A stretch of DNA of 60,887 nucleotides, filler included. It is 3 parts of 3 records of this genome, joined end to end, with 100 filler letters (N's around TTAATTAATTAA, not from the genome) between each part and the next. Parts side by side here need not be neighbours in the genome. Positions count along the whole stretch, not along the records: positions 31,848 to 54,426 come from SRR20825019_465; positions 54,527 to 60,887 come from SRR20825019_479; 1 more part is not named here. One strand, written 5' to 3'. The notes under the pieces were generated by a model, which saw nothing but the letters and a program-made list of their open reading frames with translations, had not been told where the DNA came from and did no database searches. A program made the position numbers and the translations under genes. Of this stretch, positions 48,501-55,795 are shown one piece after another; positions within the stretch are counted from its first letter, which is position 1, and every line of letters begins with the position of its first letter.

Positions 48501-51500
48501 GAACTTCGTCATGTCACCAGGCACCAGTCTTGGTGAAGCTGCCGTCGAAGATGAAGGGGATGCGTGCCGGTTCTTGATTGACATCGACACATCGTACGTG
48601 TTGGTGTTATTGTTTTTGCCCGCCAAGGATAGCTGGCTAGCATCGGGAGCTGTAAAGAAAGAGCTGGAGGGGTTTCCAATCATGCTAGCATTATTACCCC
48701 GCTGTGATAATACAAGAGATTGCGAGGGTGTCTTGAGCTGCTGTGCCTGGATCTCTGTCAGTAGAGAAAAGCCAGAGTTCTTTCCAGTAGAGTCGTCGAG
48801 GCTGTAGGATACAAGTCGGCCCTCAGCGCCAATAAGAACTGAACATGGGGGGACGATTTTGGCACAGAATGCAGCACAGCCAGACGGTATTGTCGCATTA
48901 GCGATGTCCGCAATCTTGGCAGGGAAGGCCTCAGTGCCGTCCTCGTCGACGTATGCTGCGACTTTACCTGATTCATGGGTTGAGATGATAAAGTTGATCC
49001 TTCTAGGGGCGGTCTGCTGCCCTGCGCATACATTGGTAGCCTCCCCAAAGTAGACCTCATTGCCATCGATTCCACCACCACCATTACCATCCCCACCCAT
49101 ACCCTTCCGAATACGGGTCCCCATTGTAATTAGCTGGCCTGCTAGGTCGGTATCCTCATCGTGTTTCTTAGCCGAAGACATCTGCTCCCCCCTGAGGGCC
49201 TCCACTAGGTCATCATTATGCCCGTCATTATCGTCACTGGAGGGGGGTACAGGCTCGGGGGGTAGTTGGAGCCAGTCGCGGCTGTAGGGAGTACGGCGGT
49301 CGTTGAGGATTCCCTTCTCCTTGTTGATCATGTTTGTGAGGACGGTTGGGTTGATAATCTTGGGGCCGGTAGAGCGAGGAATACATGTACGAAGAAGCTG
49401 TCCATTTACGTAGTTAAACATGCGGACGGCGCCGGTTTCTGTTGCCACGAGGAGTCGGCGCTCATTTGCATCTAGGGATATGTTGGTGATGCCCTCAGGG
49501 ACCGTCCACCGCATCAATGATGCAAATCCATTGAAAACATCCCACACAATAACCTGCCTATCATCAGCGGAGATGAGCTGGTTAAACTGGGAGCTGAACG
49601 CCATGCCGACCACTGGCTTCCTGTGTCCGTTGTACTGCGAACTATACATTGCCTGCTTTTCTACTCTCCACTTACGTAGGGCGGTTGTGCCCAGCACAAC
49701 ACAGTTTTGGGCATCGTCATAGTGGGCTATTGAAAGGAGATCCTTGACGCGTTCAGGGGGTGCGTCGGTTAGGTTATGTATACAACGATAGCTTCGCATA
49801 TCCCACACCTTGACACCGCGATCCGAATCCAATACCGTGAGCACAAATGCAGCATCCGAAAAGCTGACACTGATGGCCCTCGTACCAGGATTACCATCGA
49901 GCTTCATGACCGGCTTCGTGATGTAGGGGGACCACAATAGCGTATCCCGCTCCCTTGCACAGGAAGCCAACAATCGCGCCTTGAGACTCCAGTCCATGGA
50001 GCATATTGGCTTAGTGTGACCCCTCGCACCAATATCTACGATTTGGTGGTAAGTAGCCGATGGGACCCCTCCTGGCGTATCGCCAATATTAACAACCCCC
50101 TCCCCTAGAGTAACACCATATTCTCCGAGTCGGTCCCAGTGTCGGACTTGAATGGTACCATCTGCCGAAGCAGTGAATACAAGACTCATTGTCTCACAGA
50201 CCTTGAGGATGGTGATAGCGGCACGGTGGACCTGTATTGTGGCAAGGCAGGGGATAGAAAGCGGGAGGCCAAATAGGGAGGGGGCATCGAATTCATAGAG
50301 CTGAAGATGGCCGCTATCGAGTCCGAATATCATCTTTGGTCTAGAGGGGTGCAGAGTACCGGAATCCTGGTTAGGCAGGGATGATGATTTCGATGTAGTG
50401 GAGCCGTCCTTGGATTTCTTGTCAGTGTAGGTGGCGAAGCATAGAGGATAGCCGGTCGATACAAGCTTGTTGATGGACTCTGAATCGGCTACCGATGGCG
50501 GACCCCTACGACCCTTGGGAGGAGACGGTACCCTCGTCTTCGCTGACGACGATGTGTTGTTGTTACGGTGACGTCTGGAGGCACCTATTGAAGCGGACGA
50601 AGGAGACTCCACCATGCTACCCCCCGAGACCAGATGGGACTGTCCCGAGGAGGTGTTGTTGGGATTATTATCACCAGATCTAGTAGCTCTAGTACCACTG
50701 GTAGTAGTGGTATTATTATTGGTTGGTACAAGGTGATTGTCGTTATTAACCTTGCGGTCATGACGCTTCTTGGCAGCGGCACCTCGACGACCCCCACCAC
50801 CACCTCCACCACTCCCAAGTCCTTGTCGAACGTGGTGTTGTAGGTATTTCCGTGTTGTCTGTTGTTGTTCGCTATCCGAGCCGTCTGAGGAGCGATCAGA
50901 TAGGATATCACCACCATCCCCACCACCACCTGTAGAGGAGGTATGCTGATGATGCTTCCTACTCCTCCTAAAAGTATGTCGGTGTGCCTCTTTGTTCTGT
51001 CGAATATCCTCCTCTGGTACCCACCCCAGATCCTCCAGGCCAGTAACTTCCAATGGTTGGTCCTTGACGAAGTGGGCAAGGTGGGGAACACTAGCCCCAA
51101 CGGCTCCGAAAGCCTTGGCATCCTCTCCGTATTTAATAGCCTCCAGCTCCTTGCTAGACAGGGGAATAACAAATTGTGGCCGATAGACCACCGCTCTACG
51201 ATCATCTACCATCCTCTTTGTGACCGTCCCTCCTAGGCCACCCTTACCTCTGGCTGAGGTAGCGGCCTGTACTGCTACCGCCCTCCTCTTCCGCTCACCC
51301 TTGTACGCCCTCAGCATCTCGCCCGTAATAGGGGAGTAGAAGAACACTGTGAAATCCATTCCTAATACAGCAATGGCATCGTGCCAAGTAGTGTGACACA
51401 TATCCACTACCGGGCTCCTACTTGTGTGAAAGGTACGCTCATGGCGAAGAGTATCCGCATTCCACATCTTGGCAGTTCCGTCAAGTGAGCAGGTGAAATA

Positions 51501-52673
51501 GCGCGCGATGCGATTTGTAGGGATGCTCGATGCGGCGGATGATTGGGCCTTCTTCTTTTTACCGCCCCCACGGCCACCATCCTCATCAGTACCGCCACGA
51601 GCAGTCAGGTACTCCTGTCCCACTGCATTTCCACCTCGTACGAAGGGAACTACCTTAGAGATGGGCTGTTGGTGAGCAAGATATCTGAGGGCAGGATGAT
51701 CGTCATAATGATCAATATCATGGGCTACAACAGGATCCTTCTCAAAGCGCCTAATGTTGACGAATCCCAGAGCTCGTACAGCCGCCTTAACGTCGTTCAT
51801 GAGGAGAAACTCAGCGATCTCGAGCCAATCGACGGATCCATTTGCATTGGCATCGATACGTTTGAATAATGTCTCCATGTCCTTGAGAGTAGCATCAGGG
51901 GCTTTAATCTTAACAAGGGGGCCTATCTCCTTGATAAAGGCCTTGAATTTCATCCCACCCTCCGCTTCGTATTTATCAAACTTGGACTTAACTCTCTTCA
52001 TTTCCTTCAAGGAAAAGGTGTGGTCACGGTGGAACGATGAGGAGGAAGAGTTGCGCTTCTTGGACTTCTTCGTCTTGCTGTTGTTGTTGTGGTGTTTGTT
52101 GGAAAAGGTGCTTTGGGACAGAGTGACGGATACCCCCTCCCCGTCATTATCGGCATCGTCATGGGATGACTCCCCAAACGCATCAAATGTAGTCGATATA
52201 TGAATACCGGGAGCTTTTCCTATGTGTTGTGGTGATGTGTTGTTTTTGTGTTTCTCGTCAGACTTTTTGGTTCGTTGGGTGGACTCTTTTATATCGTTTG
52301 GTGCGACCACGCTAACACGACGCATCCTTCTCCGAAGATCAGCAGGAAGCTCAGCAGTAATGCCAATACTGGAGTCGCTACTAGAGCCACCACCACCGCC
52401 AAACTCATTGTCTGACGTAACACCGATGGAGGACGGTGCTGCAGAGGAATTATTATTGTAGTCATGCCCCCCTCCGTCTTTATTATTTCCATCATCGTCC
52501 GAGTCGGCAGCATCCCACCCAGAGGACAGAGATGCATCGAGTAGCCGTGTAAGATCACCCACCCTGTGGTCGGGCATGAGATCCACGTCACTAGTCTGAC
52601 CCTCGCTACCAAAGTCTGAATCGCTTCCACTGCGGGCTAGAGCGGATACCTCTAATTCCCTGCTAGTAGACAT
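39510..52673 (-). CDS. 4387-aa EF-hand + WD40 protein (WDR49/EFCAB8/WDR64-like) with an embedded degenerate acyl-CoA dehydrogenase-like region
   Basis: EF-hand LFKRIDANANGSVDWLE. WD repeats FTCSLDGTAKMWN, FTASADGTIQV, GHTKPICSMDWS, LLWSPYITKPV, VKVWDMR, GHRKPVVGMAFS, ISGSSDGMLQVWS and FTCGSDTYVVMWD. ACAD-like motifs lie at about 43584-45060. Confidence 0.82.
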   Translation of the reverse strand: MSTSRELEVSALARSGSDSDFGSEGQTSDVDLMPDHRVGDLTRLLDASLSSGWDAADSDDDGNNKDGGGHDYNNNSSAAPSSIGVTSDNEFGGGGGSSSDSSIGITAELPADLRRRMRRVSVVAPNDIKESTQRTKKSDEKHKNNTSPQHIGKAPGIHISTTFDAFGESSHDDADNDGEGVSVTLSQSTFSNKHHNNNSKTKKSKKRNSSSSSFHRDHTFSLKEMKRVKSKFDKYEAEGGMKFKAFIKEIGPLVKIKAPDATLKDMETLFKRIDANANGSVDWLEIAEFLLMNDVKAAVRALGFVNIRRFEKDPVVAHDIDHYDDHPALRYLAHQQPISKVVPFVRGGNAVGQEYLTARGGTDEDGGRGGGKKKKAQSSAASSIPTNRIARYFTCSLDGTAKMWNADTLRHERTFHTSRSPVVDMCHTTWHDAIAVLGMDFTVFFYSPITGEMLRAYKGERKRRAVAVQAATSARGKGGLGGTVTKRMVDDRRAVVYRPQFVIPLSSKELEAIKYGEDAKAFGAVGASVPHLAHFVKDQPLEVTGLEDLGWVPEEDIRQNKEAHRHTFRRSRKHHQHTSSTGGGGDGGDILSDRSSDGSDSEQQQTTRKYLQHHVRQGLGSGGGGGGGRRGAAAKKRHDRKVNNDNHLVPTNNNTTTTSGTRATRSGDNNPNNTSSGQSHLVSGGSMVESPSSASIGASRRHRNNNTSSSAKTRVPSPPKGRRGPPSVADSESINKLVSTGYPLCFATYTDKKSKDGSTTSKSSSLPNQDSGTLHPSRPKMIFGLDSGHLQLYEFDAPSLFGLPLSIPCLATIQVHRAAITILKVCETMSLVFTASADGTIQVRHWDRLGEYGVTLGEGVVNIGDTPGGVPSATYHQIVDIGARGHTKPICSMDWSLKARLLASCARERDTLLWSPYITKPVMKLDGNPGTRAISVSFSDAAFVLTVLDSDRGVKVWDMRSYRCIHNLTDAPPERVKDLLSIAHYDDAQNCVVLGTTALRKWRVEKQAMYSSQYNGHRKPVVGMAFSSQFNQLISADDRQVIVWDVFNGFASLMRWTVPEGITNISLDANERRLLVATETGAVRMFNYVNGQLLRTCIPRSTGPKIINPTVLTNMINKEKGILNDRRTPYSRDWLQLPPEPVPPSSDDNDGHNDDLVEALRGEQMSSAKKHDEDTDLAGQLITMGTRIRKGMGGDGNGGGGIDGNEVYFGEATNVCAGQQTAPRRINFIISTHESGKVAAYVDEDGTEAFPAKIADIANATIPSGCAAFCAKIVPPCSVLIGAEGRLVSYSLDDSTGKNSGFSLLTEIQAQQLKTPSQSLVLSQRGNNASMIGNPSSSFFTAPDASQLSLAGKNNNTNTYDVSMSIKNRHASPSSSTAASPRLVPGDMTKFVCTSSVFLGSPCRDPISSQRWYIDNRDDSTSRASTLVLGDETAASSDDPLDTTPKVVTTANSAPSIDCLIVLTCTAPYTVISGSSDGMLQVWSGRTHVELFRMKVPIVAQDAITSLLLSPDENILLVGDSSGYLSAISIHRYIVGNVEASALREALSSRDGLGPSNLQSSEFGTASTLPAASPATMSAFSKVGHLKGGFPAPPLPGKVAASQSHTTYTKDFTVTADMFVLLSRRRVHDGSVTQIVRVNRSGETNILKRDMTLAACIDESLQKCDAVGRHSFNEGRRGTGSHGSSSTPPSTPPRHQGHRASVAHSGAMFSPLKGRDGTTTLSPSRSRSQSLSHLASLRTVFQETTNAVMEKSMPYVFTCGSDTYVVMWDLVHGHGLMCVGDSQLRMNVLPHTEKASSLFDTCRRAAVLQFIKRYEIITTRKLRAALLETMQQERADIEAKKELILASQQEEMAAAAGPTRRKVRVGTKRQEQEDEQARLVENRRRYYECRQIGAPAIAILDFINASRGLVRDELDSCANAIRDSGITGIPFCTETIFTPLMAMRPTHQQPPGDESPFTPTAAYNNNKVSNNNNNINTSAFTRSQQGTPPPTTTSTTTSLVEAYSRGCMLSCGRAFQPHTFVSDADSVQDVLKQILESMTHPRCLGEFILSRGLRRKAPPKIAINTSSSSSGHTTKDGGKAVVGGVAARRRSTTLTSKPTRRAGHEPPEALSPRLLVDIQNTFQNQLFSVNDDFDAEVVQFVELPWAPEAPDEEVLAFVDNASPFIDEHELDSDIPPFDREGSDNDESGGDGTRREGGGLPHLPSMTNDDTRSLPPASGGPSSASSPRNNHHHPFANALLPPKLLGNANITNSSPPLQSDISAFSSGVFSSDEGGVGGGSRPHRTNRSQATASPSSASMIGSKPDSVTGDEKEDGTTATVIDAASPTININDDPELHAWSDNSDTDMEELNTTNNRISGRALVGVGGSRSMGSPSWAGGESVSFANRTVGFAGGTSFGGGGPPNTTTPSNTNNINTTTSSTVKVVSRPPKYAVGSTGHISDPLIREVLHDAQTVERLRSVRTSDCASFDVDVTGGGGATASARIPAPPALHIPPPPPSGLKLKMSIKAMRKQGDHRQLKFAEKTELVSAIQRKDGPQDIALEALRRQDALVGSLILRFGTPAQKVKYLPRFLEVDTQAKIDASARRQSTGMPPKEFKRWRGAFCLAEPGVEVDVFNMLATGVPLTDASTQVVGRKGVSNKAGGGGSSPSPDKRRATFRVGGLNRKQSHVGGGGAGGGTIGRGGSIKNIITSSNQGSRNPSRSASPFVGTTTNSSGDETGSNNTNNHTTTATTNHNNRIVTTTFAVDASSSGDTNNTTPSLKPLLHLEGAPLVEVTESANTLVANNASPLSNERGSLPTSRRSSFGGGDGAPTLSTPNLGPMSAPPTNNTSVPSNNNVAYANGFMPHLLRGTKICSAVNVPGRAGDATKGTVILLFAITPPPPVVVAAPLPPTSVPLIPTLTLHPGVCDQDDENNNGMATSVILNSSGELEDAAVAGGGDNDGGTNTTTAGGEPVSETITCFIVDTVEHSKYLRFSKWDTQHLPEGQILTDAKTAPFVDVTINDLLISSSVNVLGGIGGGAMIAIEAMNEIKTGMQHDGVSKEAVTAELLRITQILNDRSRANKERLAFQQRKASTILRSPRHGGNTNNNKSNAASMFRTSSSLYVSSHHNQQHHHDQQPNTSFNNTSTSLQLPNLLDTLGGGNTATITIDASMEMGNHSITSSTSYAGGGGNGGGVGKVPLRDVDARMLEFLGVRRTKTAGGGGDHMGPDQMLGVSAAEDAVLLSDQEKYERSQLLRDVRRFHVVDRGQASIVKKRLENDIYAMMVKAKFASAGGFDDNDDHYTTAGHASFSPSQQGAPRPLQTMTPSTTPRTVDVGLPPIRGGGALSTTTPRRGAPLKYLSTSFDNSNSTTNNKKQQPTTKMPYMPPLSLGALVPLDDTFYQPIMDDDLPMLGPDDSCSEHLPTPSSLPLLLSSPRSSPPSKHGIVSIRRKDANSPKNNGVGSSASPSFLPSIGGVVAASPRRGGLSKLPPTTADTLVLLSARASTHRNLAETVSAKKRGKALDEEREKQRSASLRSSKSQKQESATASLGEDEGTVGAKFAAMMLVSEKALEAVEMEEKEEEREKQRRRQRARSLVQEKCVTSRRNRRATQKELMNLPTNRLGDGSELLFPAAVYKAARLLRRPVHVKRLRELDDSEKKGESVPNSVGVGSFILTAEVAARMLQAKERRRLSVQLLNDQEVKVLDGEEDDAPPLRSTFNTHRSRGAFGQNDTPPSSTTTTINPHQDPVVEGEGGISAGSLSQANTTIGGGGPPPLSTQNTMLAFSTLIVKEADRIKKEALDKRRDRIDKELTAASPFTTGGAGSNVFCGGVGVGGESSLFLESTADPSSIMPVASASASGMVPTPRTRRAFDHMGSVEDELLGKVSLWETPDRALQLLKNIKGPIYVHSTANMEMRAQAAGGGGDLEGGMSPRLGRSSVFGTSAIPAANSSLRLSQSQRSSSGVPTPAGGNNTIPSMATLLERAEGLRREHLQAERRRSSVIAASVLKSLPASALFSESSKLFDEVDENDPLEIHNKDVSQRLMETALAHLLSEHTELQKSSQLSCFGAVGGGSTDAAGSRHKDDEIGGALNKNIAYLPRPPPVAASTASQLRSKLIADPSEPRWLSADTLADLTVREREYFLTLPPIEEDTLVGDIGRYLHTITGKDVSSLGRISLGGLVSSDANRTVLNLPSFQLSPQELDQAHHQFALTTFKDTTPTTPTAPAVPISHQQGTTATVKISARQLKHNQENQRLMNYILGSGSGSGAPPSAPVVSPHVNGQQPIWVDRIHSELPLEGATVPPKPKRTDRDGGGKIGFGMESVKEVAVAREQAWVKLLTTSRNRQSAVESSHMNRTEGDTSYKRPGSNITALSTYNMKTGGGSGGGPVPPSSGNNKASSARARIGK

Positions 52674-53182
52674 ACAAAGAATAGAGGGAAGAGAGTAGTG
52701 GGTTGTTGATTACTAGAGGTGTGTGTTTGTGTATTGTGTGTTATCCTTCACGTTTCTCAAAATGTGAGAGAGTGTGTTTCTTCGATATTTTGATGATGAG
52801 AGTGAGGGATAGGAAATTTTAAATGACCATCAAACACTATATTTCAAACAACAATTCAATCAGCCAACACTGCAGTAACACCCCACAGGTCACACACACA
52901 TAAATAGAGTGATGATCGAGTAGTGAAACAGAATGTTGAAAGACTGAAGTAATTAAAAAGGAAAGGGGGAAGTGGTATCAATTTTGGTGGAGGAAAGGGG
53001 GAAGACTGTAGTGATAGACTTTAATACGATATGCTCAACGAGAGAACGACGATGATGACATGTGTGTGTCATGTGTGTGTCTGTTTGTTAAACGGAGGGG
53101 TATTGATCGCCCTCTAGTGTAGTGTTGTCGTCGTCATCTTTTCTGTCAAAGGTGCTGGTGTTGGAGTATTGTCGTATATCGA

Positions 53183-53707
53183 TTACATGTACCCGGAGGT
53201 GTGGGTGAAGGCGCGCTTGGAGTATCCCTCGAAGCCTATGGTACCACGGGGGGTAAGGTCGTACTTCAGGAAGGTGGCCTTCACCAGCTCGTCTACATCG
53301 CTCTCAGCGACCTCCATCCAGGAGGCGGCGAAGCAGCTGTTCAGCATCTTCTTGAGGTCAGCAGGGGAGATCTCACCATCACCATCGGCATCGTAGATCT
53401 TGAAGAAAAGACGCTTCTTGTCGTCGTCGGAGATGTTACGGGCCTTGTTCTGGTAGAGGGCGAGGCTAATAACAAACTCGGCAAAGTCGATGCCGCCGCT
53501 GCTATCACGGTCGAACATGCGGAAGAGGCCGTCGGTGAAGACGGAGCCGCCCTGGGCCTTCATCATGTCGCGGAACTCATCCTTGTCGATGATGTTGTCG
53601 TCCTTCTTGGAAGCGGAGAGCTTCTTGAAGTTGGCGTACATGTTGTCGAGCTCCTCGGCGCTGAAGGAGGTGTTCTCGGTAAGCTTGGCACGGGTGGCGT
53701 TATCCAT
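53183..53707 (-). CDS. Calcineurin B-like / neuronal calcium sensor-type EF-hand protein
   Basis: 174 aa with FSAEELDNMYANFKKL, LFRMFDRDSSGGIDFAEF and FFKIYDADGDGEISPADL. Strong GC3 bias suggests high expression. Confidence 0.88.
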   Translation of the reverse strand: MDNATRAKLTENTSFSAEELDNMYANFKKLSASKKDDNIIDKDEFRDMMKAQGGSVFTDGLFRMFDRDSSGGIDFAEFVISLALYQNKARNISDDDKKRLFFKIYDADGDGEISPADLKKMLNSCFAASWMEVAESDVDELVKATFLKYDLTPRGTIGFEGYSKRAFTHTSGYM

Positions 53708-53888
53708 TTGACTAGTTCAACCTTTTAAATTAAAAAGGCGGGAAGGTAGAAAAACATAATCGTAGCTCAAATCAAAGCAGTATCAAAAATTCTAAACAGT
53801 TCAAATTGATTTTCTAAAATACAGCGAGGGTGGGGTTTTTTTTGGTGATGTGAGTCATCATAGATTGTACCAGTAGTAGCCATTATCA

Positions 53889-54110
53889 TTACTGTAGGAA
53901 CAGCACTCTGAAGGCCATAATAAGCAGCATGATGGACACGTAGGGGCTAAGACGATCCCCCACTACGGAGCACTTATACAAGAAGGCCTTGTGGAACTCG
54001 GTACTATCCCTGTGGTACATAGCAGGCTGATACTGACGAACATAGGTCGCAGTGCAGATGGAGAGGAGCAACACGAAAATGGTACTCTCAAAACTAAAGA
54101 TGGCGCTCAT
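53889..54110 (-). CDS. KSH1: Protein Kish (TMEM167/Ksh1 family, secretory pathway)
   Basis: 73 aa, MSAIFSFES...LLLSICTATY...YKCSVVGDRLSPYVS, matching the Kish pattern (MSAIFNF..LL.ICTC.Y...WKCARIGER.SPYV). Confidence 0.9.
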   Translation of the reverse strand: MSAIFSFESTIFVLLLSICTATYVRQYQPAMYHRDSTEFHKAFLYKCSVVGDRLSPYVSIMLLIMAFRVLFLQ

Positions 54111-54319
54111 ACTGGTGTTGGTGTTGTTGTTGTGTTTTTTAAGAGAAGTAACACTTTTGTAATTTTGTGCACAAGGCTACTGTTAAGTGTGTGATGAGCG
54201 GAATGAAAAAAAATTCGATGGCCTAAAAATACAACAATAATCAATGCAAAACAAATTGAAATGAAAGACATTATTATAAAATACAATAAAATCAAGTGTA
54301 CCGGTACCAGTAAACGTTA

Positions 54320-54426
54320 CTACAACTGCTGTCTTGAAACTATAATGAGACCGATTACTTCGGCAGTTTGCCAAACTCCCACCACCACGGATGCAACACC
54401 AATCGCAACATAATATGCCGTATCGA
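54320..54426 (-). CDS. Probable 3' end of an upstream membrane-protein gene cut by the contig edge
   Basis: The frame from the contig edge reads DTAYYVAIGVASVVVGVWQTAEVIGLIIVSRQQL*, a hydrophobic segment, and ends where AT-rich intergenic DNA starts. Confidence 0.45.
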
Positions 54427-54526
54427 NNNNNNNNNNNNNNNNNNNNNNNNNNNNNNNNNNNNNNNNNNNNTTAATTAATTAANNNNNNNNNNNNNNNNNN
54501 NNNNNNNNNNNNNNNNNNNNNNNNNN
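54427..54526. other. Artificial contig linker
   Basis: N44-TTAATTAATTAA-N44. Confidence 0.99.
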
Positions 54527-55795
54527 GGGGGGGGGGGGGGGGGGGGGGGGTTGGCAGTGTTTGCCTCTGTCCTTTGCTAGAGACCTGAAAAGGCACCACC
54601 CTGACAAGGCTCTTGAATAGCTGGGCCTCAGTCGCTTGGACACCTGGGCGGGGAGTACGGGGGGTGGGGACCCCAGGGTCTCAGCACGTGGGCCGGTGGC
54701 TGCGAGAACGCAACCTCTCATTACTGCAAGGGGTACGCGGCAAGGACTCTCCCAGGTTCTGTCACTTTCTCTGTCGGCCTGGCGCAAGCGCGCCAACACA
54801 GTGTTTCGGAACGGACGTCTTACACTTCAGAGTGTGCAATGCGGCACTCCAGCACTGTGATCAGCAGTGCAGCACGGTACCCAGCCCCGGTCGCCGGGGA
54901 CCTTGGGAAATGCGACCTTGCAACTGAAGTGCCACGGTTGTCGCCGGCACTGCCGAGGTCGTGCCCATGACACACACTCACCAACCCTCACCTCCTTGGT
55001 TGAGGGGCAAGCCGCGCTGTGGGCACTGAGCCTGCGTCGGGCGTTATTGATTTGACTACTTTCAACGGCGATCCCATACAGACCATAGTCACGAGCACAG
55101 TGCGAAGGGGTTGCACTGCAGGCCACCAGTGAGGGGTTCACATCGCACGGGTCTGGGTCGCGATTCCTCGTGGGAAAGTTTCCATCAGACATGAAATCAT
55201 TCCCACGGTTGGTGAATCTCAGCTGACGACGTCTGGGACCACTGAAGAGGCGGGTGTCGCTTGACTACTCCAAGGGTCCACTATTATCAAAGTATAAAGA
55301 GTTATAACTGCCTTCTGGCCATTTTTTGTGGGTAATAACCCACCTAGGAATGGAACTTCTAGATTCAATTTAGACTGGATGGGATTATTCCAGATTAAAA
55401 CCCTCTTGTTTGGAGTGGTGATGTCAAATCGTTATGTAGTCACGTTTATCCATTCCAATTGTGTCCGGCAACGCTCTCGTCTCTAACATGACATCAGTTC
55501 TCACTCAGTCGTGACTCAAGGCTGGCCGCGCGCACCCGAGCACCGCGGCCCGGCCGAGCGGGCTGTGAGCCTGTGACCCTGACCGCCACTCCACGCTGAG
55601 CACGCCCTGACGGTGATCTTGGATCACTGTCAGTGCGCAGGGGGCCACACAGCGTGCCAAGGGCGCCTTTGGCCGGCCCGGCGGCGGTCGCCCTGGGTCA
55701 GCTTCTGCGCGGAGTGTACGGCAGCAACGTGCTCCTCACTGGCTATGAATATAAGAGCAACGCTATGTTTTGAACTGTTGCTGCAGGGAGAAGAA

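Noticed and set aside
19842-53707. A calcium-signalling gene cluster (EF-hand, IQ, C2 and CBL proteins)
   Set aside because: The genes lie on unlinked contigs from two organisms, and these domains are common in flagellates.
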